A stretch of 40,499 nt of DNA from Proteobacteria bacterium UBA3413 (GCA_002358345.1 DEOR01000044.1:24169-64667), one strand, 5' to 3'. Positions 1 to 13,341 are shown, counted from the first letter of the stretch. Translations and numbers: made by a program. Notes: generated from the sequence alone by a model not told the origin.

Positions 1-482
1 TCTGCTGAAGAGGCATCAGAAGGAGTATAAGCAGAACCTTTGCGCCATTTTGTTAGTCCGGTCCATAAAGTCTTATCTTGGCTAATATCCTTTACTGAAA
101 TTCTTAAATAAAACTCTGGAACTGCATTGACACGATCAGAATCATACAAATAATTCCTATGCAACGGATAACCATAAAAGCGGAAATCATCAACTTTAAT
201 TTTTTCCTTACTTGCAAGGCCAATCTCAATGACCAGCGAAGCATCAGAGGTTGCTATATGGCCCATTCCAGAGAGATAATTTTGAGCTGCTTCTCCCAAG
301 TTTTCAATTAAAATAGGATCCATTTCAACAGGTAAATTATCCTTATTTAAAGAAATCTGAAATTTTGACGCAGGCTCAAGTTGAAAATTATTTCTACTAT
401 TTAGCTCCATAAAGGGTGTGGTCACGCAAGCCGAAACCAAGAAAAGCATAGAGGCAACAAAAGAATAGGTTTTATATGTCAT
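1..482 (-). CDS. DUF4136-like lipoprotein, 5' part (3' end runs off the window; not in ORF track)
   Basis: Hand translation from ATG at 482 gives MTYKTYSFVASMLFLVSAC-VTT..., open to position 1. It has a lipobox (LVSAC) and a C-terminal 'LRISVKDISQDKTLWTG' segment typical of DUF4136 lipoproteins. Confidence 0.65.
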   Translation of the reverse strand, partial: MTYKTYSFVASMLFLVSACVTTPFMELNSRNNFQLEPASKFQISLNKDNLPVEMDPILIENLGEAAQNYLSGMGHIATSDASLVIEIGLASKEKIKVDDFRFYGYPLHRNYLYDSDRVNAVPEFYLRISVKDISQDKTLWTGLTKWRKGSAYTPSDASSA

Positions 483-543
483 AGGTAATAGTAATGTATC
501 GTTAATATGACTAATATAATGCATTTACTTTGTATAAAAAACT

Positions 544-3384
544 ATGTTTGAACTAAAAGAATCACAAGAGATAGGGTTGCTGAACGTTAATGCGCAGATC
601 TATCAGCATTCAGAATTTGAAACTCAGCATATTCACCTGGACTCATCAAATGATGAGAAAGTATTTATGGTTGCCTTTCGCACTATCCCTGAAGATTCAA
701 CGGGGGTAGCTCATATTTTAGAGCATACATCCCTCTGTGGATCAGCAAGGTACCCAGTCCGTGATCCTTTTTTTATGATGATCAGACGCTCATTAAACTC
801 TTTTATGAATGCATTTACTTCGAGTGATTGGACGGCCTACCCTTTTGCAACTCAAAATAATAAAGACTTCAATAACTTGCTAGATGTATATGTAGATTCA
901 GCATTTTTTCCTAGATTAGATCCCTTAGATTTTTCTCAGGAAGGTCATAGATTAGAGCTAGATTCCAATCAAGAGTTAGAAATTAAAGGGGTTGTGTTTA
1001 ATGAAATGAAAGGTGCAATGAGCTCGCCAACTGATCAACTATGGCATGGCATGTCTAAGCATCTATTTGAGGAAACCACCTATCACCATAACAGCGGCGG
1101 AGATCCTGAAAAAATTATCGATTTGACGCATGAAGATTTAGTTGCCTTTCACAAAAAACATTATCACCCTAGCAATGCCACTTTTTTTACATTTGGCAAT
1201 GTCTCTATCGAAGAGATTCATGATCACTTGGAGAAAAATGTATTCAGTAAATTTACTCCTGCCCCAACAAAGCTCATCATCCCTCCTGCTAAAATATTTC
1301 AAGCGCCGCAAAGCGCTACAGGAACCTATCAACCCTTACCAGGAGATGAGCAAAACCATCATGTTGTAGTGAGCTGGTTGCTTGGCAACAGCCATGAGCC
1401 ACTCAATCTTCTAGAAAAATATTTTCTATCTAATATTCTGCTTGATAATTCATCATCTCCCCTCAGAAAAGCTTTAGAGCTCACAAATCTAGGGAAATCT
1501 CCGTCGCCTTTCTTGGGGTTAGAGCCAAGCAACAAAGAAATTGTTTTTATGGCTGGTCTTGAAGGCGCTCAAGCTGGTCAATCTGAAGCAATTGAAGAGC
1601 TGATTCTCTCTACGTTAAAAGATTTAGTAAACAATGGAGTGCCCAAAGATCTCATCTCATCTGCCCTTCATCAACTAGAAATTGGTCAAAGAGAAATATC
1701 TGGCGGAGGAATGCCATATGGGTTGCAATTAATGCTCGGCTGTATGAATGCATGCATGCACTATGACAACCCCATCTCAATGTTAGATTTAGACAAGAAT
1801 TTTACCGCATTAAAAAATAAAATTAGTGATGATGGGTATGTTGAAGAGCTAATTAACTCTTCCTTGCTTCTCAATCCCCACCGACTTACCTATGAATTAA
1901 AGCCTGATGTAAATTTTAATGAGAATTTAAATACCTACTTTTCTTCCAAGTTAAAAGAAAAAGAACAAGCTCTTACTGTAGATGAAAAAAATAATATTAT
2001 TAAATTAGCAAATGATTTAAAGCAAAGACAAGAAGCTATAGATGATGTGGATATCTTGCCGAAGGTAACTATTTCCGATATTCCCTTGAAGCGAGAATAC
2101 ACAGAGATAAAGATATCTAAAGGAAATAGATCTATCTATGAGGTTGGGACCAATGGTTTAATTTATTCGGACTTTCTGTTTTCGTGCTCAAACCTAACCA
2201 ATGAAGAGCTACTGTTCTCTTCTCTCTATACTTTTATCATTACTGAGGTTGGTCTTTTAGATCAATCCTATGAGGAAATCCAAGCATACCAATCAAAAAT
2301 TAGTGGAGGGATCGGCGCTTCGATAAACCTCCAGGCTAATACACCATCAGAGGATGGGGCGCTATATCTAAGCATTAGCTCTAAATGTCTTGCAGAAAAT
2401 TTTGAAGCAATGGAAACCATGATACTCAACACGGTCCAGAATGTTAGATTTGATGAGCAGAAGCGGCTATTGGATTTATTAAATATATTTGTTGCAAGAA
2501 ATGAGGAGTCTTTAAATCAAAATGGTCATTACTTAGCCATGAACTCAGCTGCAAGCTCGCTGAACTCATTAGCAGCAACATCTTTTAGTATCTCTGGGTT
2601 ACAAATGCTACATCGCTCTAAAGAAGTAATTACAAAGATTCAGCGTGATGGAGACACTGATTATATTAGTGGAATCTTGAAAAATATTCACGCCAAGATG
2701 TCTTGCGAGCCCTATAAAATATTTACAGCTTGCTCTCCAGGCGCAGTTGGAGATAAGGCTAAGGAGTTCCAAAATCTATTATCTAGCAACGCACAAGAAC
2801 TCATTAAGCCGGTAAATACTCAGATTGCTTGGATTACTGGTTCGCAAGTTTGTTATTGTGCTCAAGCTTTTGAGGGTGTCTCAAGAGAGCATCCTGATGC
2901 AGCACCCTTATCTGTCTTAGCGACTGTTCTAAGAAATGGGTTTCTGCATACGGCCATCAGAGAAAAAGGTGGGGCTTACGGAGCTGGTGCGGCTAACGAC
3001 ACCTCAACAAATACATTCAAGCTCTTTTCGTACAGGGATCCGAAATGTAGGGAGACTTTTCAAGCTTTTCAAGACGCAATAGAGTGGGCAAAAAATTCAA
3101 TTACCCCACAACACTTAGAGGAAGCAATCCTGGGAGTGATTTCATCTATTGATAAACCGCTGTCACCTGTGGGAGAAGCTAAAAATGATTTTAATTACAA
3201 TTTAGAACTAATTGGTATTAAGGAGCGCCTTGAGATGAGGCAAAAAGTTATTCGTTGCTCCATAGATGATCTCATTAGAGTGAATGAGACATATCTAACA
3301 AAGGAATCCAGCAAATCTATATTAGCAGGCGAAAGTTTTAAAGCTCAAGCAGAAGAATTAGGATTGACAATATTAGAGGTCTAG
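544..3384 (+). CDS. Insulinase-family M16C metallopeptidase (presequence protease PreP-like)
   Basis: 946 aa with inverted Zn motif HILEH, plus 'DPFF', 'MNAFT..DWTAYPF', 'GVVFNEMKG' and C-terminal 'IREKGGAYG'. Confidence 0.93.
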   Translation: MFELKESQEIGLLNVNAQIYQHSEFETQHIHLDSSNDEKVFMVAFRTIPEDSTGVAHILEHTSLCGSARYPVRDPFFMMIRRSLNSFMNAFTSSDWTAYPFATQNNKDFNNLLDVYVDSAFFPRLDPLDFSQEGHRLELDSNQELEIKGVVFNEMKGAMSSPTDQLWHGMSKHLFEETTYHHNSGGDPEKIIDLTHEDLVAFHKKHYHPSNATFFTFGNVSIEEIHDHLEKNVFSKFTPAPTKLIIPPAKIFQAPQSATGTYQPLPGDEQNHHVVVSWLLGNSHEPLNLLEKYFLSNILLDNSSSPLRKALELTNLGKSPSPFLGLEPSNKEIVFMAGLEGAQAGQSEAIEELILSTLKDLVNNGVPKDLISSALHQLEIGQREISGGGMPYGLQLMLGCMNACMHYDNPISMLDLDKNFTALKNKISDDGYVEELINSSLLLNPHRLTYELKPDVNFNENLNTYFSSKLKEKEQALTVDEKNNIIKLANDLKQRQEAIDDVDILPKVTISDIPLKREYTEIKISKGNRSIYEVGTNGLIYSDFLFSCSNLTNEELLFSSLYTFIITEVGLLDQSYEEIQAYQSKISGGIGASINLQANTPSEDGALYLSISSKCLAENFEAMETMILNTVQNVRFDEQKRLLDLLNIFVARNEESLNQNGHYLAMNSAASSLNSLAATSFSISGLQMLHRSKEVITKIQRDGDTDYISGILKNIHAKMSCEPYKIFTACSPGAVGDKAKEFQNLLSSNAQELIKPVNTQIAWITGSQVCYCAQAFEGVSREHPDAAPLSVLATVLRNGFLHTAIREKGGAYGAGAANDTSTNTFKLFSYRDPKCRETFQAFQDAIEWAKNSITPQHLEEAILGVISSIDKPLSPVGEAKNDFNYNLELIGIKERLEMRQKVIRCSIDDLIRVNETYLTKESSKSILAGESFKAQAEELGLTILEV

Positions 3385-3385
3385 A

Positions 3386-6733
<3,348 letters not shown>

Positions 6734-6734
6734 C

Positions 6735-9722
6735 TTAAGAAGCGGCTAATTTTAGTGCTTCCTTGACGTCAACAGACACTACCCTGGAAACACCTGCTTC
6801 TTGCATAGTCACGCCCATCAAGTAATCACTTTTTTCCATAGAAATTTTATTATGGGTAATAAAAATGAATTGAACTCTATTGGACATCTCCTCAACCATA
6901 GCAACAAACCTGGTTGCGTTTAAATCGTCTAGTGGAGCATCAACTTCATCTAGCAGGCAAAAAGGTGCTGGATTAAGCTCAAAGAGAGCAAAGACCAGAG
7001 ATAGAGCAGTCATGGCCTTCTCGCCACCTGAAAGCTGAGAGATGGTTGCATTTTTCTTGCCAGGAGGTTGGGCAGAAAGAGCAATGCCTGCATTCAAAGA
7101 ATCTCCATCAAGCAATTCTAGCGCTGCTTTTCCACCGCCAAATAACTTGGGAAATATTTCTTTAATCTTAGAATTAACCGCATTAAAACTGTCGTCAAAT
7201 TTTAGCTTGGATTCAGCGTCTATTTTCTTGATTGCTCCCTGCAATTTATCCATTGCCTCATTTAAATCTTCCAATTGAGTATCCAGCTCCTCCATGCGCC
7301 TGGACTCCTCGGCAATCTCATCAGGTGCGGCTAAATTAATAGCTCCCAGAGAAATAATTTTAGCTTGAACTGATGCAAGTGATTGTTCAAGCTGGGTGAT
7401 ATTCATTCCCTCAAACTCTGACGAGTCAAGATCAACGATTGCTATCCCAGCTTTGATCAGCGCTTGTGACGCATTATCCAAATTCACTTCAAAGGTTCTT
7501 AAGTCTAATTTTTTGTTATTAGATTTCTCTTCAAGACCCCTGAGATCAAGAAAGGCAATAGATTTTTTATTTTCTGACTCACGAATAGATTCATCTACTT
7601 TAGATTGTTGTTGCCTAATAGTATTCAGGTCAGCTTCTGCAGAAGCACTCTTCTCAACCATCAATGACAGCTCATTACTAACATCTAATTTTTTTAATTC
7701 AGTTTGCTCAAGAAGTTGGGTTAGATGCTTTTGCCTTGATAGATATTCATCTGGTGCGGCTAAATTAATTGAGCCCAGAGCGGAAATACTGCTCTGAATT
7801 TCCGAAAGGGATATCTCTAAGCTACTTAAATCCATCTGAACATAATCAGCCGGGTCGATATTTGCTAATGATACATCTGCTTTTTCTAAGATGATTGATG
7901 CATTATCCAGGTTTACTTCGAAAGTTCTAAGATCTAGCTTTAAGCTATTGATCTCAGACTCAATAGCCCTTAGTTCACGCGAAACCAATAATTTTGAATC
8001 ATCTAGCGTTTGAATGCTTGCGTTGACTTCAGATTGCTTTCGTTTATAACTCACCAAATCTCTCTCAGCATTTATTCTTTTCTCTTGTGAGTGCTCAAGC
8101 TCTTGTGCAAGCTGGAGCTGTTTCTCGTTGGTCTGACGCAATAATTCCTCAAGTCTGGTTTGTCGCTGCAAGTACTCTTCAGTCATACTTTTTGATTGAT
8201 CAGACGCGATCTTTAAAATGCTTACAAGTGACTCTTTTAACTCAAGGGCTTTCTGTTTAATCGGGTCTCCGTTTAACCCAAGCTTTTGAAGGGCTTCAAG
8301 GATGTGATCAAGCAAGTTCATCGCCTTTTCCTTTGGGCTTAAATTCTCTTGATTTGATTCTTTCTCCAAGGCTTTTTGATAGCTAGCCTGGGCTCTTGCT
8401 AGATCATCTTCTGCGTGAGCTTTTGTTTTAATAAGATTTTTAAGATTGGCCTCTAGCCCAGCAATTTCAGCTCCAATACTCGATGAAGCACTTTGCGCTA
8501 AATCTAGTCGCGAGGACATAGCTATATTATCATTTTTAATTTGGTCTATCTCTGCTTGATACTTGTCAACATGGGAAGATTTTTGCCTGAGACTTTCATC
8601 AAGCTCTGTCACTTGAGTTTGCAAAATCTTTTTTTGATCGTTTGCTTGTAACGCTTTAAGAATTGCAATGTTGAGCTTCAATTCATTCTCTTTAGGATTC
8701 AAAGTTTCAAATGTTGATTCTTTTTCAATGGCTTTTGCGTAGCTTTCCTTTGCTCTGGCTAGATCCTCTGCTGTCTGAGCTTGAGTTTTATTTAAATTTT
8801 GTAAATTGGCTTCATGCCTAGCAATATCTGCGCCAATGGAATAAAAGTTTTTCTGAGCCGTTTCAAATGACGATAAAACAGTTGAATGCTCTGTGCGAAT
8901 TTGATCGATGGTAGATTGATGTGTTTCTACTTCAGCGGATTTCACCGTAATTTGGTTCTTGAGCGTTGCAACCTCAGAAGTAAGCTTGTCCTTTTGGGCT
9001 TTTGCACTCAAGGTATTCAAGATAGATATATTCAACTTGAGTTCTTTTTCTTCAACTTGAAACTTTTTATATTTCTCCGCAGCATTTGCTTGGTTCTGCA
9101 ATCGATTAATCAGTCGGTTAATCTCCTCTCGTATATCTTGAACTCTGGAGAGGTTTTCCTTTGTTTTTTTGATACGCTGTTCAGTCTCTTTTCTCCGTTC
9201 CTTGTATTTTGAGATTCCAGCCGCCTCTTCAATAAAAGTTCTCATTTCATCAGGCTTAGCGCTCACAATTTTTGAAACCATTCCCTGTTCAATAATTGCG
9301 TAACTTCTGGGTCCTAAGCCAGTTCCTAAGAAGATATCTTGTACGTCCTTCCGTCTGCAGGAAGTATTATTTATTGAATAGTTGGACTGCCCATCTCTGG
9401 TCATGAGTCTCTTAATAGAGATTTCATTGTATTGTGCATACTCACCGCCCAATTTACCCATGGAATTATCAAACAGGAGCTCGATACTGCATTGGCCGGA
9501 TGGCTTTCTTAAATCTGAACCATTGAAGATGACGTCTGTCATAGAGTCGCCTCGAAGATTTTTAGCAGAAAGCTCTCCTAAAACCCAACGTATTGCATCT
9601 ATAACATTTGATTTGCCGCATCCATTTGGACCAACGACAGCGACCATATTTGTGGGGAAAGATATCCTCGTGGGGTCCACGAAACTTTTGAATCCAGCCA
9701 GTTTAATATGTTTAAGCTGCAT
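6735..9722 (-). CDS. smc: Chromosome segregation ATPase SMC (atypical: no hinge, duplicated arm segments)
   Basis: GFKSF, Walker A GPNGCGKSN, Q-loop IIEQG, signature LSGGEK, Walker B/D-loop LLDEVDAPLD and H-loop ITH. Lies upstream of zipA-ligA. Confidence 0.95.
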   Translation of the reverse strand: MQLKHIKLAGFKSFVDPTRISFPTNMVAVVGPNGCGKSNVIDAIRWVLGELSAKNLRGDSMTDVIFNGSDLRKPSGQCSIELLFDNSMGKLGGEYAQYNEISIKRLMTRDGQSNYSINNTSCRRKDVQDIFLGTGLGPRSYAIIEQGMVSKIVSAKPDEMRTFIEEAAGISKYKERRKETEQRIKKTKENLSRVQDIREEINRLINRLQNQANAAEKYKKFQVEEKELKLNISILNTLSAKAQKDKLTSEVATLKNQITVKSAEVETHQSTIDQIRTEHSTVLSSFETAQKNFYSIGADIARHEANLQNLNKTQAQTAEDLARAKESYAKAIEKESTFETLNPKENELKLNIAILKALQANDQKKILQTQVTELDESLRQKSSHVDKYQAEIDQIKNDNIAMSSRLDLAQSASSSIGAEIAGLEANLKNLIKTKAHAEDDLARAQASYQKALEKESNQENLSPKEKAMNLLDHILEALQKLGLNGDPIKQKALELKESLVSILKIASDQSKSMTEEYLQRQTRLEELLRQTNEKQLQLAQELEHSQEKRINAERDLVSYKRKQSEVNASIQTLDDSKLLVSRELRAIESEINSLKLDLRTFEVNLDNASIILEKADVSLANIDPADYVQMDLSSLEISLSEIQSSISALGSINLAAPDEYLSRQKHLTQLLEQTELKKLDVSNELSLMVEKSASAEADLNTIRQQQSKVDESIRESENKKSIAFLDLRGLEEKSNNKKLDLRTFEVNLDNASQALIKAGIAIVDLDSSEFEGMNITQLEQSLASVQAKIISLGAINLAAPDEIAEESRRMEELDTQLEDLNEAMDKLQGAIKKIDAESKLKFDDSFNAVNSKIKEIFPKLFGGGKAALELLDGDSLNAGIALSAQPPGKKNATISQLSGGEKAMTALSLVFALFELNPAPFCLLDEVDAPLDDLNATRFVAMVEEMSNRVQFIFITHNKISMEKSDYLMGVTMQEAGVSRVVSVDVKEALKLAAS
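7317..8174 (-). repeat. Intragenic tandem duplication B in smc: 2 x 429 nt (aa 517-659 and 660-802)
   Basis: Gapless hand alignment gives 65/143 identical aa. KLDLRTFEVNLDNAS and INLAAPDE each occur twice, and DNA 'ggtgcggctaaattaat' occurs at ~7324 and ~7753. Confidence 0.92.
8328..9047 (-). repeat. Intragenic tandem duplication A in smc: 2 x 360 nt (aa 226-345 and 346-465)
   Basis: Gapless hand alignment gives 59/120 identical aa (ELKLNI, IDQI, SIGA.IA..EANL.NL, DLARA..SY.KA.EKES..E.L.PKE). Confidence 0.92.
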
Positions 9723-9753
9723 TTGATTTAATTTATTCTTTTCCCATTTTAAA

Positions 9754-10545
9754 CTATTGTTCCTTTTTTAACCATTCGTTCGAATAAATAAATACTTTAT
9801 CCTGATTGTTCATAGAACCTTTTAAATCAATGGTTTTGATTGAATAGAATTCATTATTTTTACAGAATATTGAAGATTCTACTTTAATGATTTCTTGATT
9901 TAAAAAAGCTGATGGGAGATCAAAACCGCGAACAAGCGCATCAGATTTATCAAGGAATATTTCTTGAGCTAAATCTGCTCCTGTGAAATCTTTTGCAGCA
10001 ATATCTACCGCCGGACCATTGGGAATCTCTACGCTCACCGTGAGCCGATCACCAATACTGCAATTGACTGGTGGCTCAACCGCAAGTAACAGTTTTGCAT
10101 TTGAAACCATAGGGTATTTCATATCTCGTAAATCAGCCAGTAAGTTGTATATGGGTAACTGAAACTCTGGATCTCTAAAATTAGCATTTAAACTCCGCAA
10201 GATACTTTCAGCTGCAGTGAAAGATTTAAATTCTAGAGCTTTGTAAAATACTATGGTGCCTAGCGAGAATGAATCTTCAGGTAGATCCTTTTGAGCTAGA
10301 AAACTTATGATCGTCTCATCTGACAGCTCAAGATTTTTAAATACCTTATTTTCAATGGCCCTAGATTGAATAGAGTTAGCCCAAGATCCAAAAAGAGGTT
10401 GGGCGGATGAATGATTCAAAATAAATGCTCCCCAGAGCATGACTGTTGTAAAAAATACTAACGCTTTTTGAGAGGCAGCACCACTTAGCAAATAGGCAAT
10501 GATTGGCAGGGAGACAAAAGCTAAAATAGCTATAAGAGGGAGCAT
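9754..10545 (-). CDS. ccmI: Divergent CcmI/CycH-like cytochrome c maturation protein
   Basis: Last gene of the ccm operon. The likely start is ATG 10545, coupled to the ccmH stop (TAATG), rather than 10611. It has two N-terminal TM helices and a C-terminal 'GPAVDIAA...LDKSDALV' resembling the CcmI Ig-like domain. Confidence 0.55.
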   Translation of the reverse strand: MLPLIAILAFVSLPIIAYLLSGAASQKALVFFTTVMLWGAFILNHSSAQPLFGSWANSIQSRAIENKVFKNLELSDETIISFLAQKDLPEDSFSLGTIVFYKALEFKSFTAAESILRSLNANFRDPEFQLPIYNLLADLRDMKYPMVSNAKLLLAVEPPVNCSIGDRLTVSVEIPNGPAVDIAAKDFTGADLAQEIFLDKSDALVRGFDLPSAFLNQEIIKVESSIFCKNNEFYSIKTIDLKGSMNNQDKVFIYSNEWLKKEQ

Positions 10546-10925
10546 TACAACCTTCTCTTTGAATAGAAAATAGTCATGAGAAGCGCTAGGAATATAAATG
10601 GACCTAACCATAAAATGTAATTAAAGCCATCAAATGCTGGCTTGTAATCTGAGGACTCTCCAAATCGCTGTTTGACATAATCTTTAATTTCTTCATTAGA
10701 CGACCCAGACTTAATAAGCTCATAGACTCGTTGCTTTAGATCTCGGGACACAGGAACGTCTGAGCTTGCGATGCTCCCACTTGTGCATTTAGGACATCTA
10801 ATTTCAGATATCAAAGAATAAAAACGCTTTTCCTCAGAGTCATCATCAAACATATAGATAGCCTCAGCATGCAGGCCGTTAGACATAGAAAATAAGAATA
10901 GATAGATTAGTGCGGATGCTGTCAT
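10545..10925 (-). CDS. ccmH: Cytochrome c biogenesis protein CcmH
   Basis: Signal peptide, 'IRCPKC' redox motif and C-terminal 'LWLGP' TM. Confidence 0.92.
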   Translation of the reverse strand: MTASALIYLFLFSMSNGLHAEAIYMFDDDSEEKRFYSLISEIRCPKCTSGSIASSDVPVSRDLKQRVYELIKSGSSNEEIKDYVKQRFGESSDYKPAFDGFNYILWLGPFIFLALLMTIFYSKRRL

Positions 10926-11446
10926 TAATTTTTATTTTGCATTCTACGAATCAATGGTAAAAAAATGGATTCCCATTTTTCTTGATTAAGCTCGCCCTGA
11001 ACATGCCCAATAATCTGCTGATTCGCAATCAGGAAGGTTTCTGGAGCTCCTGTAACACCAAGTTCAAATGCTAGATCGCCCCTAGGATCATAGATAGAGA
11101 ATTGATAAGGGTTTCCTCGCTTTTGCAGCCATTGTTGAGCACTTACTTTTGAATCTTTGTAATTTAATCCAATCAGATCTATATCATTTTTTGATAATTG
11201 AGTTAAAAAAGGATGCTCCACCAAACAAGTAATGCACCAACTAGCCCATACATTTAACAAGCTAATATTGTTAAAGGCTGATGGGGAAATCTGCTGGTCT
11301 TGTAAGTCTAAAAGTTGAAATTGAGGAATGGGTTTTGGCTCATAATAGCTAGCTAGTTCACTCTCCTCTGTTAGCAACACCTTGCCAAAGAAAATAAAAA
11401 TAAGCACTGGAAGTCCAATAAGCAGTAGGCTGTATATTCTGTTCAT
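10925..11446 (-). CDS. ccmG: Thiol:disulfide oxidoreductase CcmG/DsbE
   Basis: 'NVWASWCITC..EHP', 'GLNYKD' and 'GVTGAPETF'. Confidence 0.95.
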   Translation of the reverse strand: MNRIYSLLLIGLPVLIFIFFGKVLLTEESELASYYEPKPIPQFQLLDLQDQQISPSAFNNISLLNVWASWCITCLVEHPFLTQLSKNDIDLIGLNYKDSKVSAQQWLQKRGNPYQFSIYDPRGDLAFELGVTGAPETFLIANQQIIGHVQGELNQEKWESIFLPLIRRMQNKN

Positions 11447-13341
11447 AGAATTTTCTTTTTAAATATTGTCATTGCTATTCCCGCAACCATTAAGGTTGAT
11501 GAAAACCAAATCCATTTCACAAAATAATTAATCTGCAGGCTGAATGTCCAGCTTCCATTGTCTAGCTGATCTCCTATTGTTAAATAAGTATCTCTCAAGA
11601 ATGATGTATGAATTGCGGTCTCTGAGGTTATTTGACCTCTTGCAAAGTACTTCCTTTTTTCTGGGTTGAGGTAGATAGATTGATTGTCATGGAGCACCAA
11701 AATTTTTGCTGCAACCACATCATGATTGCTAGCTTTAGTTTTTTTCAAATCTAGAAATTGAAACTTTGACAAAGACGCATTAACAAACTGCTCTTCGCCA
11801 ACAAAGAGACTGATATTTTTCTGGTAGCTTAAAATACTGTTCATAGAAACTGAGAAGAATAAAAGGCCTAAACCAATGTGCGCTAAAAGACTGCCCTTAT
11901 TAAAATAGGCTTTGGTATAGAGTGATGAGAATAATTTTAATGCATAGCTCATGATTATTAGTAAGCCAGAAAATATTCCGACATAGGCAATGAGTGAAAA
12001 TATTTTCGTGAAATGCCAGATTGCGTATACGCCTAGTATTGATAACAAAAGCGTGGGAGCTACTGCAATGCAAAGCTTGCGAAGCTGCATACCTCTTTGC
12101 CACAAAGCATCAATTGATCCCATCATAAAAATTGATGTAATAAGAATTAATGGAGAGAAAATAGTATTGTAGTAAGGGGGGCCAATGCTTACTTTATTGC
12201 CGTTCAAAGACTCCAAGATTAAGGGATACGTAACGCCCAGAAAAATAGAAAAAATAGCAGTGAGCATTAAGATATTGTTCATTGATAAGAATGATTCTTT
12301 GGATCCTGCAACTATTAATTTTGAAGATTGTAATTGCGGCAATCTATAGGCCAGTATGGCTAGAGAGATTAAGGTAATGAAACCAGAAAACCCTAAAAGA
12401 TAAATTCCTCTTTGAGGATCATTAGCAAATGAATGGACGCTATCAATTATTCCCGATCTCACTATAAAAGCCCCAAATAAACTCAAAGTAAAAATCATGA
12501 TCCCTAAAAATAAAGTCCATGTCTTTAAAACACTAGATTTTGATGAAGCAAAAAGAGAATGCATGAATGCCGTAGCAGCGAGCCATGGCATGAGCGCAAC
12601 ATTTTCTACAGGATCCCAAAACCAGTAACCGCCCCAGCCGAGCTCATAGTATGCCCACCAAGATCCTAAAGTGATCCCAATGGTTAGGAATATCCATGCG
12701 ATCAAGGACCAACTTTTAATGTCTTTTTCCCAGGAATAATTAAAGTCCCCGTGAAAGAGATAGGCAGTAATGAAACTAAAAGAGATGACAAAGCCTACAT
12801 ATCCTAGATATAGCATGGGGGGATGAATGGCCAAAGCTGGGTCCTGAAGAACCGGGTTGATATCTGCTCCCTCCAGGGCAGCAAAAGGTAAGATTCGCTC
12901 AAATGGGTTAGAGGTAATCAAAAGAAACAATAAAAAACCCAGGATAATTAAGGTAAGCATCAGCATAGTTCCGCGCTTTAAAGGGTGCTCCAAAGCGAGA
13001 TAATTAACAAAAAGCACACTCCATATTGTTAAAAAGACTATCCATAAAAACATTGAGCCCTCATGGGCACTCCATATAGAGGTAATTTTATAAAATATAG
13101 GAAGTTGGGAGTTTGAGTGATTGGCAATATAGCTAATAGAAAAATCATCTATTGCTGCCAAGTAGACATACAGACCAAAAGAAATAAAGATTAATAAGCA
13201 GGCTTGATTAAATAATTTATTAGAAAGAATGATCTGATTGGTATGAGAGTCTGCAAAATAAAAAAAGAGATTAAAAATTAATATTAATGAAAGAACAATC
13301 GCCGAGGTTACGCTTAAAAAATGTGCAATTTCAACTATCAT
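11443..13341 (-). CDS. ccmF: Heme lyase CcmF
   Basis: WWD motif 'WAYYELGWGGYWFWDPVEN', plus 'HPPMLY.GY' and 'SVHSFA'. Confidence 0.97.
   Translation of the reverse strand: MIVEIAHFLSVTSAIVLSLILIFNLFFYFADSHTNQIILSNKLFNQACLLIFISFGLYVYLAAIDDFSISYIANHSNSQLPIFYKITSIWSAHEGSMFLWIVFLTIWSVLFVNYLALEHPLKRGTMLMLTLIILGFLLFLLITSNPFERILPFAALEGADINPVLQDPALAIHPPMLYLGYVGFVISFSFITAYLFHGDFNYSWEKDIKSWSLIAWIFLTIGITLGSWWAYYELGWGGYWFWDPVENVALMPWLAATAFMHSLFASSKSSVLKTWTLFLGIMIFTLSLFGAFIVRSGIIDSVHSFANDPQRGIYLLGFSGFITLISLAILAYRLPQLQSSKLIVAGSKESFLSMNNILMLTAIFSIFLGVTYPLILESLNGNKVSIGPPYYNTIFSPLILITSIFMMGSIDALWQRGMQLRKLCIAVAPTLLLSILGVYAIWHFTKIFSLIAYVGIFSGLLIIMSYALKLFSSLYTKAYFNKGSLLAHIGLGLLFFSVSMNSILSYQKNISLFVGEEQFVNASLSKFQFLDLKKTKASNHDVVAAKILVLHDNQSIYLNPEKRKYFARGQITSETAIHTSFLRDTYLTIGDQLDNGSWTFSLQINYFVKWIWFSSTLMVAGIAMTIFKKKIL

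Noticed and set aside
7317-9047. Possibility that the smc repeats are an assembly artefact or generic heptad similarity
   Set aside because: The copies are only ~45-49% identical, so not a collapsed or duplicated contig. They are gapless with long exact motifs (KLDLRTFEVNLDNAS), far beyond heptad noise, and the frame is intact.
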